Counted from the first letter of the stretch, positions 43,407 to 57,221 are shown. The stretch is 64,000 bases of DNA from an uncultured candidatus Porisulfidus sp. (GCA_965204575.1 OZ241993.1:1184001-1248000); one strand, 5' to 3'. Numbers and translations are program-made. Notes: generated by a model not told the origin, from the sequence alone.

Positions 43407-44827
43407 ACGCGACACGCCGCCACATGCCGATGCGGCATATCCGGCAGGTCCATTTCATCGGGATCGGCGGTGCCGGCATGAACGGCATTGCCGAAGTCCT
43501 GTGCGGCTTGGGTTACACCGTTTCCGGCAGCGACCTGAAAGAGAATGCGCAAACCCGGCGCCTGCGCGAATTGGGCGCCAAAATCCGGATCGGCCACGAG
43601 GCCGGTGTCGTTGCAGGCGCCGACGTGGTCGTCGTCTCCAGCGCGGTCCCGCCCGAAAATCCGGAATGGCAGGCCGCGCAGGCCGCGCACATTCCCGTCG
43701 TGCCGCGTGCGGCGATGCTCGGGGAACTGATGCGCTTCAGCCATGGCATCGCCGTGGCCGGCACGCACGGCAAGACCACCACCACCAGCCTGATCGCCCA
43801 CCTGCTGACCGAGGCCGGTCTCGGTCCTTCCTCCATCATCGGCGGCCGGGTCCGGCACAGCGGTTCGCACGCCACGCTGGGCGAAGGGGATTGCCTGGTC
43901 TGCGAGGCGGACGAAAGCGATGCGTCTTTCCTGCACCTCAGCCCGCTGGTCGCGGTGGTGACGAACATCGACAACGACCACCTGGTCAACTATGACGGAG
44001 ATATCGAGAAACTGGCCGAGGCGTACCACGGCTTCCTGCAGAATCTCCCGTTCTACGGATTGGCGGTGCTTTGCGCGGATGATCCGCGCCTGGCGGCCCT
44101 GCGCCCGAACCTGGGCCGGCAGGCCGTCACCTACGGGATCGAGGCCCCGGACGCGGATCTGCGCGCGACCGGGATCGAGCCGGAGGGATCCGGCAGCGTC
44201 TTCACCCTGCGGGTTGCGGATTCGGGAGAGGAACTTCGGGTCCGTCTCGCGCTGCCCGGCACCCACAACGTCTTGAATGCGCTGGCCGCGGTGGCGGTGG
44301 CACGGGACCTGGACGTCCCGCTGCAGACGGCGGCACAAGCCCTGGAAGGGTTTTCCGGGATCGCCCGGCGCTTCGAGGCGCATGGGCCGCTGCCCGGTGC
44401 CGACGACATCCCGTGGGTGGACGACTATGGGCATCACCCGACCGAAATCGAAGCGACTCTGGCGACGGCGCGGCAGGTCTACCCCGACAGAAGGCAGGTG
44501 CTGGTCTTTCAACCGCACCGTTACAGCCGCACGCGGGACCTGTTCGAACCCCTGGTCCGAACCCTGGGCGAGGCCGACGCGCTGCTCCTGCTGGACGTGC
44601 ATCCGGCGGGCGAGGCGCCGATCCCGGGCGCCGACAGCGACTCGCTGGCCCGGGCGCTGGAACACCGGGGCGCGCGGCCTGCGCGCGCTGCGGGCGGCGA
44701 GCAATTGTTCCCGGCGCTGCTGGAAATCCTGCGTCCCGGCGACGTACTGCTGACCATGGGGGCGGGCAGCATCGAGGGCTGGGCGGCGCAGCTGCCCGCG
44801 CAGTTCACCCAAAGGGAGGCGTCGTGA
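43403..44827 (+). CDS. murC: UDP-MurNAc--L-Ala ligase
   Basis: HFIGIGGAGM, GTHGKTTTT, EADESD, DDYGHHPTE, FQPHRYSRT. Start uncertain (43403-43430). Confidence 0.96.
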   Translation: MNATRRHMPMRHIRQVHFIGIGGAGMNGIAEVLCGLGYTVSGSDLKENAQTRRLRELGAKIRIGHEAGVVAGADVVVVSSAVPPENPEWQAAQAAHIPVVPRAAMLGELMRFSHGIAVAGTHGKTTTTSLIAHLLTEAGLGPSSIIGGRVRHSGSHATLGEGDCLVCEADESDASFLHLSPLVAVVTNIDNDHLVNYDGDIEKLAEAYHGFLQNLPFYGLAVLCADDPRLAALRPNLGRQAVTYGIEAPDADLRATGIEPEGSGSVFTLRVADSGEELRVRLALPGTHNVLNALAAVAVARDLDVPLQTAAQALEGFSGIARRFEAHGPLPGADDIPWVDDYGHHPTEIEATLATARQVYPDRRQVLVFQPHRYSRTRDLFEPLVRTLGEADALLLLDVHPAGEAPIPGADSDSLARALEHRGARPARAAGGEQLFPALLEILRPGDVLLTMGAGSIEGWAAQLPAQFTQREAS

Positions 44828-45711
44828 TCGTGGCGGCGGAAATCGTCGGCGAGCATCGGCAGGTGCCCATGGCCGAACATACGACCTGGCGCTGCGGCGG
44901 CGCGGCGGACCGGGTGTTCGCGCCGAACAGCATCGACGATCTGAGTGCCTACCTGGCCGGGCTTGAGACGGACGTGCCCCTGACCTGGTTGGGGCGGGGC
45001 AGCAACGTGCTGGTGCGCGACGGCGGCATGCGCGGGGTGGTGATCCAGTTGCGCGAGCCGCTGTCCGATATCGTGCTGGAGCCTCCCCGGGTCCGGGCCG
45101 AGGGCGGTGCCCTGTGCGCCCGCCTGGCGACGCTCACCGCGGCGGCGGGCTTCAGTGGATTGGAATTCCTGGCCGGCATCCCCGGCACGGTCGGTGGCGC
45201 CCTGGCGATGAATGCCGGTGCGGCCGGCTCCGAGATCTGGGAGTTCGTCGAATCCGTCGAGACCGTGGATCGGCAGGGGAACCGTCATGAATTTGCATCC
45301 GAACAGATCCGGTTCGGCTACCGCTTCGCGGAGGTTCCCGCCGGGCACGGCGTCGTGGCCGGGACGTTCCGCCTCGAGCGGGCCGAAGACCCGGCGCAGC
45401 CGGAGCATCGCCTGCGCGAGCTGATGGATCGCCGCCGGGCCACCCAGCCGGTCTCGCTGCCGAGCGGCGGGTCGGTGTTCCGCAACCCTCCGGGCGCCCA
45501 TGCCGCACGGCTGATCGAGGAGGCGGGCCTCAAGGGCTGCCGGGTCGGCGGGGCCGAAGTCAGCCGGACACACGCCAACTTCATCGTTCACGAGGGAACG
45601 GCGAGCGCGGCCGACATCGAGCGGTTGATCGACCACATCCGGAAAACCGTCGAAGAATACAGCGGGGTGCGGCTGGAACTGGAAGTCCGCATCCTGGGGG
45701 AAGCCGGATGA
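44824..45711 (+). CDS. murB: UDP-N-acetylenolpyruvoylglucosamine reductase
   Basis: GRGSNVL, GIPGTVGGA..MNAGA, GSVFRNP, HANF, LELEV. Confidence 0.96.
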   Translation: MIVAAEIVGEHRQVPMAEHTTWRCGGAADRVFAPNSIDDLSAYLAGLETDVPLTWLGRGSNVLVRDGGMRGVVIQLREPLSDIVLEPPRVRAEGGALCARLATLTAAAGFSGLEFLAGIPGTVGGALAMNAGAAGSEIWEFVESVETVDRQGNRHEFASEQIRFGYRFAEVPAGHGVVAGTFRLERAEDPAQPEHRLRELMDRRRATQPVSLPSGGSVFRNPPGAHAARLIEEAGLKGCRVGGAEVSRTHANFIVHEGTASAADIERLIDHIRKTVEEYSGVRLELEVRILGEAG

Positions 45712-46643
45712 GCGAATACGGACGCGTTGCGGTGCTGATGGGCGGCTGGTCCGAGGAACGGCCGATTTCGCTGATTTCCGGGCAGTGTGCCTACGAGGCT
45801 CTGTGCGCGCGCGACGTCGAGGCCAGCGCGGTCGACCTGCAGCGCGAGACCCTGCCGCAACTTGTGGAACAGGGCTTCGACCGCTGTTTTCTGGCTTTGC
45901 ACGGGGTCGGCGGCGAAGACGGCGAGGTGCAGCAGGCGCTGGAAGAGATGGGATTGCCGTACAGCGGGAGCGGCCCGGAGGCTTCGCGCATTTGCATGGA
46001 CAAGCTGGAGACCAAGAAACGCTGGTGGAGGGCCGGCCTGCCGACGCCGAAGGGGGCATTGGCGGAACCGGACCGGCTGCAGGAACAGTGCGAGGAACTG
46101 GGTTTGCCGTTGGTGGTCAAGCCGGTGGACCAGGGTTCCAGCATCGGCGTGATTTTTGCGAACCGGGCCGAAGACGTGCCGCCCGCCGTTGAGGAGGCTC
46201 AGCAGCACGGGTCGAGAATCCTGCTGGAGCGCCAGGCGCAGGGCACCGAATACACGGTCGGGATCCTGGGGGATGAGGCGCTGCCGGTCATCCGCCTGTG
46301 CCCGCAGAGCGAATTTTTCGACTACCAGGCCAAGTACGAATCGGAAGACACCCGGTACGACATCCCCTGCGGTCTGCCGGAGGCGATGGAACGCGAACTG
46401 GCGGCACTGGCGTTTCGCGCCTTCGAATGCACCGGGGCGGAAGGATACGGCCGGGTGGACCTGATCCTGGATGAACTGGACCGGCCGTGGCTGCTCGAAG
46501 TGAACACCGCGCCGGGCCTGCGTCGCCACAGCCTGCTGCCGATGGCCGCCGAAGCGGCCGGGCTGGGCTACGAAGACTTGATCCTGAAGATGCTGGACAC
46601 CTCCCTTCTTCGGGCACCTGCCGGAGAGCCGGTCGATGGCTAG
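45708..46643 (+). CDS. ddl: D-alanine--D-alanine ligase
   Basis: GG.SEER.IS, LHG..GEDG, GSSIG, DYQAKY, EVNT.PG. Confidence 0.96.
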   Translation: MSEYGRVAVLMGGWSEERPISLISGQCAYEALCARDVEASAVDLQRETLPQLVEQGFDRCFLALHGVGGEDGEVQQALEEMGLPYSGSGPEASRICMDKLETKKRWWRAGLPTPKGALAEPDRLQEQCEELGLPLVVKPVDQGSSIGVIFANRAEDVPPAVEEAQQHGSRILLERQAQGTEYTVGILGDEALPVIRLCPQSEFFDYQAKYESEDTRYDIPCGLPEAMERELAALAFRAFECTGAEGYGRVDLILDELDRPWLLEVNTAPGLRRHSLLPMAAEAAGLGYEDLILKMLDTSLLRAPAGEPVDG

Positions 46644-47340
46644 GCGGGACAGCACGGGAATGATCATGCGGCTTGGGGGCGCGGCGTTGGCGCTGGCCCT
46701 GGGGGTCGGCGTCAGCGTGTGGCTGACGGATCCGGCGCATCTGCCGATCCGCCAGGTGTCCCTGCACGGGGAGCTCCGCTATCTGGACCCGATCGAACTG
46801 CAGGAAATCGTCGCCGAGGAGTTGGCGGGCAACATGCTGACCCAGGATCTGGAGGAACTGGAGCAGCGGCTTCAGCAGAATGTCTGGGTGCGGCAGGCGC
46901 GGATCCACCGCGACTGGCCGGCCACGCTCCGAATCGAGATCAGCGAACAGGTGCCGGTCGCGCGCTGGGCGACGGGCGGACTTTTGACCGCGCAGGGGGA
47001 GCGGTTCGATCTGCGCGGCGAGCCGGAGCCATCCCTACCCGAAGTCATAGGGATGCCGGGGCGCGAAGCCGCCTTGGTCCGGCACATCGACCGGATCCAG
47101 CCGCTGCTGGAGGCGCACGAAATGCGTCTGGCCCGGCTGGAAGAGACCAAGTTCCGTTCGCTGCACGTGACGTTGCGCTCGGGACTGCGCCTCACGCTGG
47201 GGCGGGTCCGACCGATCGAACGACTGGCGCGCTGGCTGCGCTACTCCGAGGCCTATGCCCGGGTTGCGCCCGCGCCGAAAACCATTATCGACCTGCGTTA
47301 CCCGAACGGGTTTTCGGCCAGGTCCTTGACTGAATCATAG
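46636..47340 (+). CDS. ftsQ: Cell division protein FtsQ
   Basis: TM, POTRA (WV....I.R.WP), terminal IDLRYPNG. Confidence 0.93.
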   Translation: MARRDSTGMIMRLGGAALALALGVGVSVWLTDPAHLPIRQVSLHGELRYLDPIELQEIVAEELAGNMLTQDLEELEQRLQQNVWVRQARIHRDWPATLRIEISEQVPVARWATGGLLTAQGERFDLRGEPEPSLPEVIGMPGREAALVRHIDRIQPLLEAHEMRLARLEETKFRSLHVTLRSGLRLTLGRVRPIERLARWLRYSEAYARVAPAPKTIIDLRYPNGFSARSLTES

Positions 47341-47355
47341 CGAGGAGGAGAAATC

Positions 47356-48648
47356 ATGGATAACTCAAATTCTGCAGTCCTGCCGATGGAGCCGAAGCGT
47401 TCTGGGCTCTTTTCGCGCATGTTCTCGACCATTGCGCAGCGCCGCCCGAATCCGGGCCAGCTGGTCGCACTTGACATCGGCACATCCCGGATCGTGGTGG
47501 TCGTCGCGCATTGCGACGAGGACGGACAACTCGAGGTCCTGGGTTGCGGCACCACCGTGTCACGCGGCCTCAAGGCGGGCATGGTGGTCAACATCGAGGA
47601 GACGGTGGAGTCGATCCGCCGCGCCGTGGAGGAAGCCGAGGAGATGACGGACTGCGCGATCCGCAACGTCAACGTCGGAATCGCCGGCAGCCACATCCAC
47701 AGCATCAATGCCAGCGGCGCCATCCCGGTGCGCGAAGGCGAGATCACGGCCCCGGTCGTGGAGCGGGTGCTGGATGCGGCGAGCGCGGTGAAGCTGACCG
47801 ACGACAAGCGGATCCTGCACGTGTTGCCGCAGGAGTACGCGATCGACGACCAGTACGGAATCCGCACGCCGCTCGGCATGTCCGGGGTCCGCCTGGACGC
47901 GCGTGTGCACCTGATCACCGCCGGGGCCGGCGCGCTGCACAACCTGGTCAAGTGCGTGCGCCACTGCGGCCTGACCGTCGACCATGTGGTGCTGGAGCAG
48001 CTCGCGTCCAGCGAGTCGGTGCTGACGCCGGACGAACGCGAACTGGGCGTCTGCCTGGTCGACATCGGCGGCGGCACCTCGGACATCGCCATCTTTTACT
48101 CCGGTGCGATCCACTACACCGCGACGGTCCCGGTGGCGGGCGATCACGTCAACCGTGATATCGCCATTGCCCTGAGTACCCGGGTACAGGATGCCGAACA
48201 ACTCAAGATCGAGCACGGCTGTGCCGTCAGCGATCCGGCGCAGGACGACCAGATCCTGGAGGTGCCGGGTCTGGGCGGCCGCCCGGCCGCGCAGCTGCGC
48301 GGGTCCGTGCTGGGAGACATCATCCGTCCCCGCTACCTGGAGTTGTTCGAACTGATCAACGACGAACTGCGCCGTTCCGGCTACTACGACAAGATCGAGG
48401 GCGCCGGCCTGGTGCTGACCGGCGGCGGCGCGATGGTTCGGGGCCTGGACACGCTGGCCGAGGAGGTGTTCAACCGCCCGGTCCGTGTCGGGGGGCCGCA
48501 GCACCTGCGGTTCCGCGACGAGCGATTCAACCAACCGATGTACGCCACCGGAATCGGCTTGCTGACGTACCACGACCCGGCCAACCCGGGCCTGGGCTCG
48601 TCGGCCGTCGCCGACTCTTGGCGGCAGCGCATCTTTTCATGGATTTAA
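47356..48648 (+). CDS. ftsA: Cell division protein FtsA
   Basis: LDIGTS, P.GMSGVRL, DIGGGT.D, LTGGG, YATGIGL. Confidence 0.97.
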   Translation: MDNSNSAVLPMEPKRSGLFSRMFSTIAQRRPNPGQLVALDIGTSRIVVVVAHCDEDGQLEVLGCGTTVSRGLKAGMVVNIEETVESIRRAVEEAEEMTDCAIRNVNVGIAGSHIHSINASGAIPVREGEITAPVVERVLDAASAVKLTDDKRILHVLPQEYAIDDQYGIRTPLGMSGVRLDARVHLITAGAGALHNLVKCVRHCGLTVDHVVLEQLASSESVLTPDERELGVCLVDIGGGTSDIAIFYSGAIHYTATVPVAGDHVNRDIAIALSTRVQDAEQLKIEHGCAVSDPAQDDQILEVPGLGGRPAAQLRGSVLGDIIRPRYLELFELINDELRRSGYYDKIEGAGLVLTGGGAMVRGLDTLAEEVFNRPVRVGGPQHLRFRDERFNQPMYATGIGLLTYHDPANPGLGSSAVADSWRQRIFSWI

Positions 48649-48675
48649 CTTTCACAACGACCTGGAGATGGAAAA

Positions 48676-49950
48676 ATGACTTTGATTAATGGACTCGACG
48701 GGGCGACTTCGCCCGAAACCGCTGAAGAGACAGCGGAACTCACGTTTACGCCAGTCCGTCCGGACCACGAGGACGCCCGCATCAAGGTGATCGGCGTCGG
48801 CGGCGGCGGCGGCAACGCCACGCAGCGCATGGAACGCGACCTGGCGGCACACGTGGAGGTCTACTGCGTCAACACCGATGCGCAGGTTCTGCGCAACCTG
48901 AAGGTGGGAGAATCGGTGCAGATCGGCCGAGACACGACCCAGGGCCTGGGCGCCGGCGCCGACCCCGGAGTGGGGCGGCAGGCGGCCCTGGAGAGCCGGG
49001 ATTTGCTGGCCGGGCTGGTGGAGAACGTCGACATGCTGTTCATCACCGCCGGCATGGGCGGCGGGACCGGTACCGGCGCGGCCCCGGTCATCGCGGAACT
49101 GGCCCGGGAGGCGGGCGTGCTGACGGTGGCGGTGGTCACCCGGCCGTTCAGCTTCGAAGGGCAGCAGCGGTGCCGCCTGGCCGAAGAGGGGATCCAGGAA
49201 CTCGGCGCCTTCGTCGACTCGATCATCACCATTCCCAACGACCGGCTGATGAGCGAACTGGATCCGGATATCTCGCTGGAGGACGCCTTTCTCGAGGCGG
49301 ACAAGGTGCTGCACGGCGCCGTGTGCGGGATTTCCGACCTGATCCTGCGGCCGGGCACCATCAACGTCGATTTCGCCGACGTGCGGACCGTGATGAAGCA
49401 GCAGGGCATGGCCATGATGGGCACCGGCACCGCCGAAGGCCCGAACCGGGCGATCGAAGCCACGCAGCAGGCCATCAACTGCCGTCTGCTCGACGAGGTG
49501 AACATCACCGACGCTCCGGCCATGCTGGTCAACGTGACCACCGTGCGCAAGGGCGAGGGCAGCCTGAGCCTTCCCGAGTTCAACCAGATCGCACGGGAAC
49601 TCGAGCCGTTGCAGGCCGAGAACGTGCAGCTGGTCATGGGCACGACCTACGATGAGCACATGGGCGGTCAGCTCAAGGTGACCCTGGTGGTGGCCGGTTT
49701 CGGCTCGAAGGAGGAGCCGGAGGCGGAACCGGGTGTGACGCCGCTTCGGAAGATCACCGAGGCTCCGAACTCGGCCAGGGGCAAGGAGGACGGCAACGGG
49801 GCACAGCCGCCGGAGGAGAAGGCCGCTGCGATGTCGCTGGGCTTGACCGAGGGCAACCTGGCCAGGAGCCCGAAGAGCCCCGACTGGACCAAGGGGGAAG
49901 AACGGCAGAAGTTCGACATCCCGGCCTACCTGCGCAAGCAGCATGATTGA
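48676..49950 (+). CDS. ftsZ: Cell division protein FtsZ
   Basis: GVGGGGGNA, GMGGGTGTGAAP, INVDFADV, C-terminal DIPAYLRKQ. Confidence 0.98.
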   Translation: MTLINGLDGATSPETAEETAELTFTPVRPDHEDARIKVIGVGGGGGNATQRMERDLAAHVEVYCVNTDAQVLRNLKVGESVQIGRDTTQGLGAGADPGVGRQAALESRDLLAGLVENVDMLFITAGMGGGTGTGAAPVIAELAREAGVLTVAVVTRPFSFEGQQRCRLAEEGIQELGAFVDSIITIPNDRLMSELDPDISLEDAFLEADKVLHGAVCGISDLILRPGTINVDFADVRTVMKQQGMAMMGTGTAEGPNRAIEATQQAINCRLLDEVNITDAPAMLVNVTTVRKGEGSLSLPEFNQIARELEPLQAENVQLVMGTTYDEHMGGQLKVTLVVAGFGSKEEPEAEPGVTPLRKITEAPNSARGKEDGNGAQPPEEKAAAMSLGLTEGNLARSPKSPDWTKGEERQKFDIPAYLRKQHD

Positions 49951-50129
49951 CCGGGAGCCGAAGGCCGGCTGCGGAGGCTTCCGGGAGGGTCTCCGCACGG
50001 GCTTCTCCCCCCTTTCCGGGGTGCGGGTTCGGTGGAAAAATATTTGTTTTTCTGTAATAATGCGCGTGTCCGCAAGACAGGAGTCTTGAACGCGGCGCTG
50101 CCCAGACCGAAAATCAAGCAATTCTCGAA

Positions 50130-51044
50130 ATGATTCGCCAGCACACCCTGAGGCAGAGCATTTGCGCAGAGGGCATCGGCCTGCACACGGGGGAAAAGAC
50201 ATCCCTGCGACTCGGCCCGGCTCCGGTGAACACCGGAGTGGTGCTGCGGCGGGTTGATTTTGACCCGCCGATTCGTATCCGGGTCCACCCGGACCAAGTA
50301 TCCGCCACCCGCCTGTCGACGACGCTGTCCAACGGCGATGTCCATGTCTCGACGGTCGAGCACCTGCTGTCGGCCGTGGCCGGGCTCGGGGTGGACAACC
50401 TGTACGTCGACCTGGACGCCAGCGAAGTCCCGATCATGGACGGCAGCGCAAGCCCGTTCGTGTTCCTGATCCATTCCAGCGGGCTGGTCGAACAGGACGC
50501 GCCGAAGCGCTACATCCGCATCCGCGAGCCGGTCGAGGTGCAGGACGGGAAGAACGGCCGGTGGGTGCGCCTGACGCCGCATGACGGTTTCAAGGTGGCC
50601 TTCACCATCGACTTCGACCACCCGGTGATCCGCAACACCCGGCAGTCCGCGGTGCTGGACCTTTCCAGCACTTCCTACATCAAGGAAGTGTCGCGGGCGC
50701 GTACGTTCGGGTTCCGGCACGAAGTGGAACTCCTGCGCGAGCGGAACCTGGCCCTGGGGGGCAGTCTGGACAACGCCATCGTACTGGACGACAACCGCAT
50801 CCTCAACGACAGTGGCCTGCGCTACTCCGACGAATTCGTCAAGCATAAGGTGCTCGACGCCATTGGCGACCTGTACCTGCTCGGCAACAGCCTGATCGGC
50901 TCTTTCGAGGGCTACTGCTCCGGGCACGAACTCAACATCCAGCTGCTGCGGAAGCTGCTGGCCACCGAGTCGGCCTGGGAACTCGTCAGTTTCGAAGATA
51001 CACACGAAGCCCCGGTCTGCTTCGCACAGGTCAGTCCGGCCTGA
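50130..51044 (+). CDS. lpxC: UDP-3-O-acyl-GlcNAc deacetylase
   Basis: [31 protein letters not shown]. Confidence 0.97.
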   Translation: MIRQHTLRQSICAEGIGLHTGEKTSLRLGPAPVNTGVVLRRVDFDPPIRIRVHPDQVSATRLSTTLSNGDVHVSTVEHLLSAVAGLGVDNLYVDLDASEVPIMDGSASPFVFLIHSSGLVEQDAPKRYIRIREPVEVQDGKNGRWVRLTPHDGFKVAFTIDFDHPVIRNTRQSAVLDLSSTSYIKEVSRARTFGFRHEVELLRERNLALGGSLDNAIVLDDNRILNDSGLRYSDEFVKHKVLDAIGDLYLLGNSLIGSFEGYCSGHELNIQLLRKLLATESAWELVSFEDTHEAPVCFAQVSPA

Positions 51045-51052
51045 ACGAATTC

Positions 51053-51352
51053 CTAATCGTGACCGGCCTGGCGCGCAGCAACCTGAATCCGGAGCTGGCG
51101 CAGCGGCTGGTTCAGGCGATCCTTGAACTCTGCGTTGACGTGCTTGAGCAGTTCGCGTTGCTGGTAATGGATCAGCGGCGCCTGATGGTTGTCGTTGACC
51201 GAGACCGTCAGCGTGGTCCCCTCGATGTCGCTGCACCAGCAGCTCGAGCCCAGGGGCTCGGGGAGTTGTCGGCGCAGACTTTGGGTAATGGCCAGCTGTA
51301 GGCGGATGCGGGCCAGCAGGTGAGGATCGAGATGGTCAAGCAGCTTCTTCAT
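51053..51352 (-). CDS. dciA: DUF721/DciA family protein (about 99 aa, MKKLLDHLDP...)
   Basis: 3' end of the 555-aa shadow ORF reads LP..L...C.......TL.V........I.YQQRELL. Sits in the conserved position between lpxC and the M23 gene. Confidence 0.7.
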   Translation of the reverse strand: MKKLLDHLDPHLLARIRLQLAITQSLRRQLPEPLGSSCWCSDIEGTTLTVSVNDNHQAPLIHYQQRELLKHVNAEFKDRLNQPLRQLRIQVAARQAGHD

Positions 51353-52273
51353 CAGGCGGGGCGGTCTTCCGCCGCCATTATCCGCCAAGCCGCAGCCCCC
51401 GGCAAAGGCGCGGGCTGGCGGCGCGTCGGCCTCGGGGTCGCGGCAGCGGCCGTGCTCGTTCAGGTCGTCGCGGTGGCGTTCCATCAGGGCGCCCTGCACC
51501 GCGAACGGGCCTTGCTGGGTTCGATCGACCAGACATTGGTCGCGCACGGCACCACGCTGAGTAATATCCGCCGGGAGAGCCAGCTCCACATTGATGCCCT
51601 GTCTTCGCAATTGGCGCGGCTGCAGTCGCGCATCGCCCGTCTGGACGCGCTGGGCGGCACGCTGGTGGACATCGCGAAACTGAAAGACGGCAGGGAATTC
51701 GACTTCGGCTCGGAACCGGGATTGGGCGGGAATGTCACGGCTTCCCCGGGACTTGGGCTGACCGCGACCGACTTGGGGGCTTCCCTCGACGACCTGCACA
51801 ACCAGATCGAAGACCGGACGTTGTGGCTGAGTATCCTGGAAGACGTGATCCAGCATCGCCGCCTGGTGGGAGAGGCGTATCCCAGTGGCTGGCCGGTGCG
51901 CTCCGGCTGGGTTTCTTCGTACTACGGCATGCGCCGGGATCCATTCCACGGACGTCCCGCTTTCCATCAGGGCATTGACTTCGCCGCCAGCAAGGGCACC
52001 GAGATCCGGTCTGCGGCCGCCGGCATGGTCGAGTTTGCGGGGAACAAGGAAGGATACGGCCTGATGGTGCAGATCCGGCACGGGAACGGCTACCAGACCC
52101 GCTACGGCCACGCCAGCAAGTTGCTGGTGAAGTCCGGGCAGATGGTGAAGCGGGGTGATATCGTCGCGCATGTCGGCTCGACCGGCCGTTCGACCGCACC
52201 GCACCTGCACTTTGAAGTGCTGAAGAACGGCAAGGCTGCCAATCCTCTGAAATTCCTGTCCGCCCGTCGCTGA
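51320..52273 (+). CDS. M23 family metallopeptidase
   Basis: TM plus coiled coil, HQGID, YGH, GSTGRST.PHLHFEV. Start 51320 or 51332. Confidence 0.92.
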   Translation: MRIEMVKQLLHQAGRSSAAIIRQAAAPGKGAGWRRVGLGVAAAAVLVQVVAVAFHQGALHRERALLGSIDQTLVAHGTTLSNIRRESQLHIDALSSQLARLQSRIARLDALGGTLVDIAKLKDGREFDFGSEPGLGGNVTASPGLGLTATDLGASLDDLHNQIEDRTLWLSILEDVIQHRRLVGEAYPSGWPVRSGWVSSYYGMRRDPFHGRPAFHQGIDFAASKGTEIRSAAAGMVEFAGNKEGYGLMVQIRHGNGYQTRYGHASKLLVKSGQMVKRGDIVAHVGSTGRSTAPHLHFEVLKNGKAANPLKFLSARR

Positions 52274-52325
52274 ACCTGCGCGGCCCGCGCTTATAATTTC
52301 GTCATCGCTTACTGGCGACTCCACC

Positions 52326-55057
<2,732 letters not shown>

Positions 55058-55061
<4 letters not shown>

Positions 55062-56251
55062 GCTGGCAGCCGGTTCCCGGAGTGCGCCTGGCGGCGACCA
55101 GCGCGGGCCTGTACGCCGGAGAGCGGCTGGACCTGGCCGCATTGGAGCTGGCGCCCGGGACGGAGTCGGCGGGCGTCTTCACGACCAACCGGTTCTGCGC
55201 GGCTCCCGTCGAGGTTGCACGCGAACACATGGAAGCCGCGTCGCCCCGGTTGCTGCTGATCAACGCGGGTTGCGCCAACGCCGGGTTGGGTGAGCAGGGA
55301 CTGGAGGATACCCGGCTGTGCTGCGAGGCGGCGGCGGGAGCGTTCGCGGTCGAGCCGCACGAGGTCCTGCCGTTCTCGACCGGAGTGATCGGGGAGAGGC
55401 TGGATGTGGGGAAGATCCAGGCGCAAATGCCGCAGCTCCAGGCGACGCTGTCCGCCGACGGTTGGCCGGAAGCGGCGCAGGCGATCCTGACCACCGACAC
55501 CCGGAGCAAGCTGGAAGGCCGCCAAGTCAAGGGTGCAGGGAAAAACCTCCATGTCACCGGCATGGCCAAGGGAGCGGGCATGATCTGCCCGGACATGGCG
55601 ACCATGCTGGCCTTCGTTGCGACCGACCTGGCGGTGGATGCCGCGGTGCTTGAGCAAGTGCTCGAACGCGCACTCGAACACTCCTTCCACGCGATTACCG
55701 TGGAAGGCGACACTTCCACCAACGACGCATGCATCCTGCTGGCCACTGGCGCCAGCGGGGTGAATCTCGCGGATCTGGAGGATTCGGAAGTGGAGGCTTG
55801 GGAGCAGGCCGTCTTCGAAGTCTGCGAAACGCTGGCCAAGGCCATCGTGCGGGATGCCGAGGGTGCGACCCGGTTCATCACGGTCGAGGTCGAGCAGGCC
55901 GTCACAGCGGAGCAGGCGCAGGCAGTGGCGCGTGCGGTGGCGCACTCACCCCTGGTCAAAACGGCGGCATTCGCCGGCGACCCCAACTGGGGAAGAATCC
56001 TGGCCGCTGTCGGCCGCAGCGTCGGGGAGTTGTCGCGCATGGACCGGGTCGGAATCCGTCTCGACGACGTGCAGGTGGTGGCAGGTGGTGCAGTGGCCGA
56101 GAACTATCGGGAGGAACAGGGTTCTGTGGTCATGGCCCGCGACGAATTCACGATCCGGGTGGATCTGGGCCTCGGCGAATCCCAAGTCCGCCTTTATACG
56201 TCCGACCTGTCCTACGACTACGTGAAGATCAACGCCGAATACCGGACCTGA
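55058..56251 (+). CDS. argJ: Glutamate N-acetyltransferase
   Basis: FTTN...AAPV, TTDT, KGAGMI.P.MATML, DTSTND, DPNWGRI, INAEYRT. ATGA overlap with secA. Confidence 0.96.
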
Positions 56252-56254
56252 TCC

Positions 56255-57208
56255 GTGTCCGAATCTCCCATGGCGGTGGTCGCGGGGGCCGTGCTCAATA
56301 CAGACGAAGAGAGGCCGGCGGTGTTGCTGGCCAAGCGGCATGCGTCCGCGCACCAGGGCGGCAAGTGGGAATTCCCGGGCGGCAAGATGATGGCCGGGGA
56401 GAATGCGGCGCAGGCGCTGGTGCGGGAACTGGAGGAGGAAATCGGCATCCGGGCGAAAACCTGGCGGCGACTGATCCGTTTTCCTTACGCCTATCCCGAA
56501 TTCAAAATGGACTTCGAGGTGTTCCGGGTGGAAACTTGGGACGGTCTCGCGAACGGGCGCGAGGGACAGGAAATTCGCTGGGTGCCGTTGTCGGAACTGA
56601 ACCAATGGACGACACCGCCTGCCAGCCGCCCGGTCATCCGCGCACTTCAGTTGCCTTCGCAGTACGCCATCAGTGCGGATCCTGAAAACGGAGTCGAGCG
56701 CTGGCGTTCCGACTTGTCGGCGACCCTGGAACGAGGCGCGAGGCTGATTCAACTGCGTGCGCACTCGCTGTCGGGCCCGGCATACGAACAACTCGCGCGG
56801 GAGGCTCTTGAGCCGATTCATGCGGCGGGAGGCCGGCTCGTGTTGAACTGCGAGCCCGAACGGGCAGCCCGTCTGGGTGCGGATGGCGTGCACCTCACGA
56901 GTGCACGCCTGCGGCAATTGGATTCCCGTCCGTTGCCGAAAGACTTTCTTGTCGGCGCGTCCTGCCACGGTTCTCAGGAACTGGATCAGGCGGTTCGGAT
57001 CGATGCGGACTTCGCGGTGCTGTCGCCGCTACGCGATGCGCCGCAGGCATTGGGTTGGAAAGGTTTCGCCTCGGCAGTCGCCGATGCAGCCCTGCCGGTG
57101 TACGCGCTCGGGGGGATGAATCCGGGAGATCAGGAAGCCGCCATCGAGGCCGGCGGGCAGGGGATCGCTGCGATTCGTGGTTTGTGGGGGCTCGCTCCCC
57201 GCGGGTAA
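56255..57208 (+). CDS. Nudix hydrolase (MutT-like) fused to a thiamine-phosphate-synthase-like domain
   Basis: WEFPGGK...RELEEE.G, then QLR, GVHL, GASCH, PVYALGG. Confidence 0.9.
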   Translation: MSESPMAVVAGAVLNTDEERPAVLLAKRHASAHQGGKWEFPGGKMMAGENAAQALVRELEEEIGIRAKTWRRLIRFPYAYPEFKMDFEVFRVETWDGLANGREGQEIRWVPLSELNQWTTPPASRPVIRALQLPSQYAISADPENGVERWRSDLSATLERGARLIQLRAHSLSGPAYEQLAREALEPIHAAGGRLVLNCEPERAARLGADGVHLTSARLRQLDSRPLPKDFLVGASCHGSQELDQAVRIDADFAVLSPLRDAPQALGWKGFASAVADAALPVYALGGMNPGDQEAAIEAGGQGIAAIRGLWGLAPRG

Positions 57209-57221
57209 AGGGGCGGCTTGG

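Noticed and set aside
56255-57208. MutT-ThiE fusion as a novelty
   Set aside because: It is a well-known fusion found after secA/argJ in many beta- and gammaproteobacteria.
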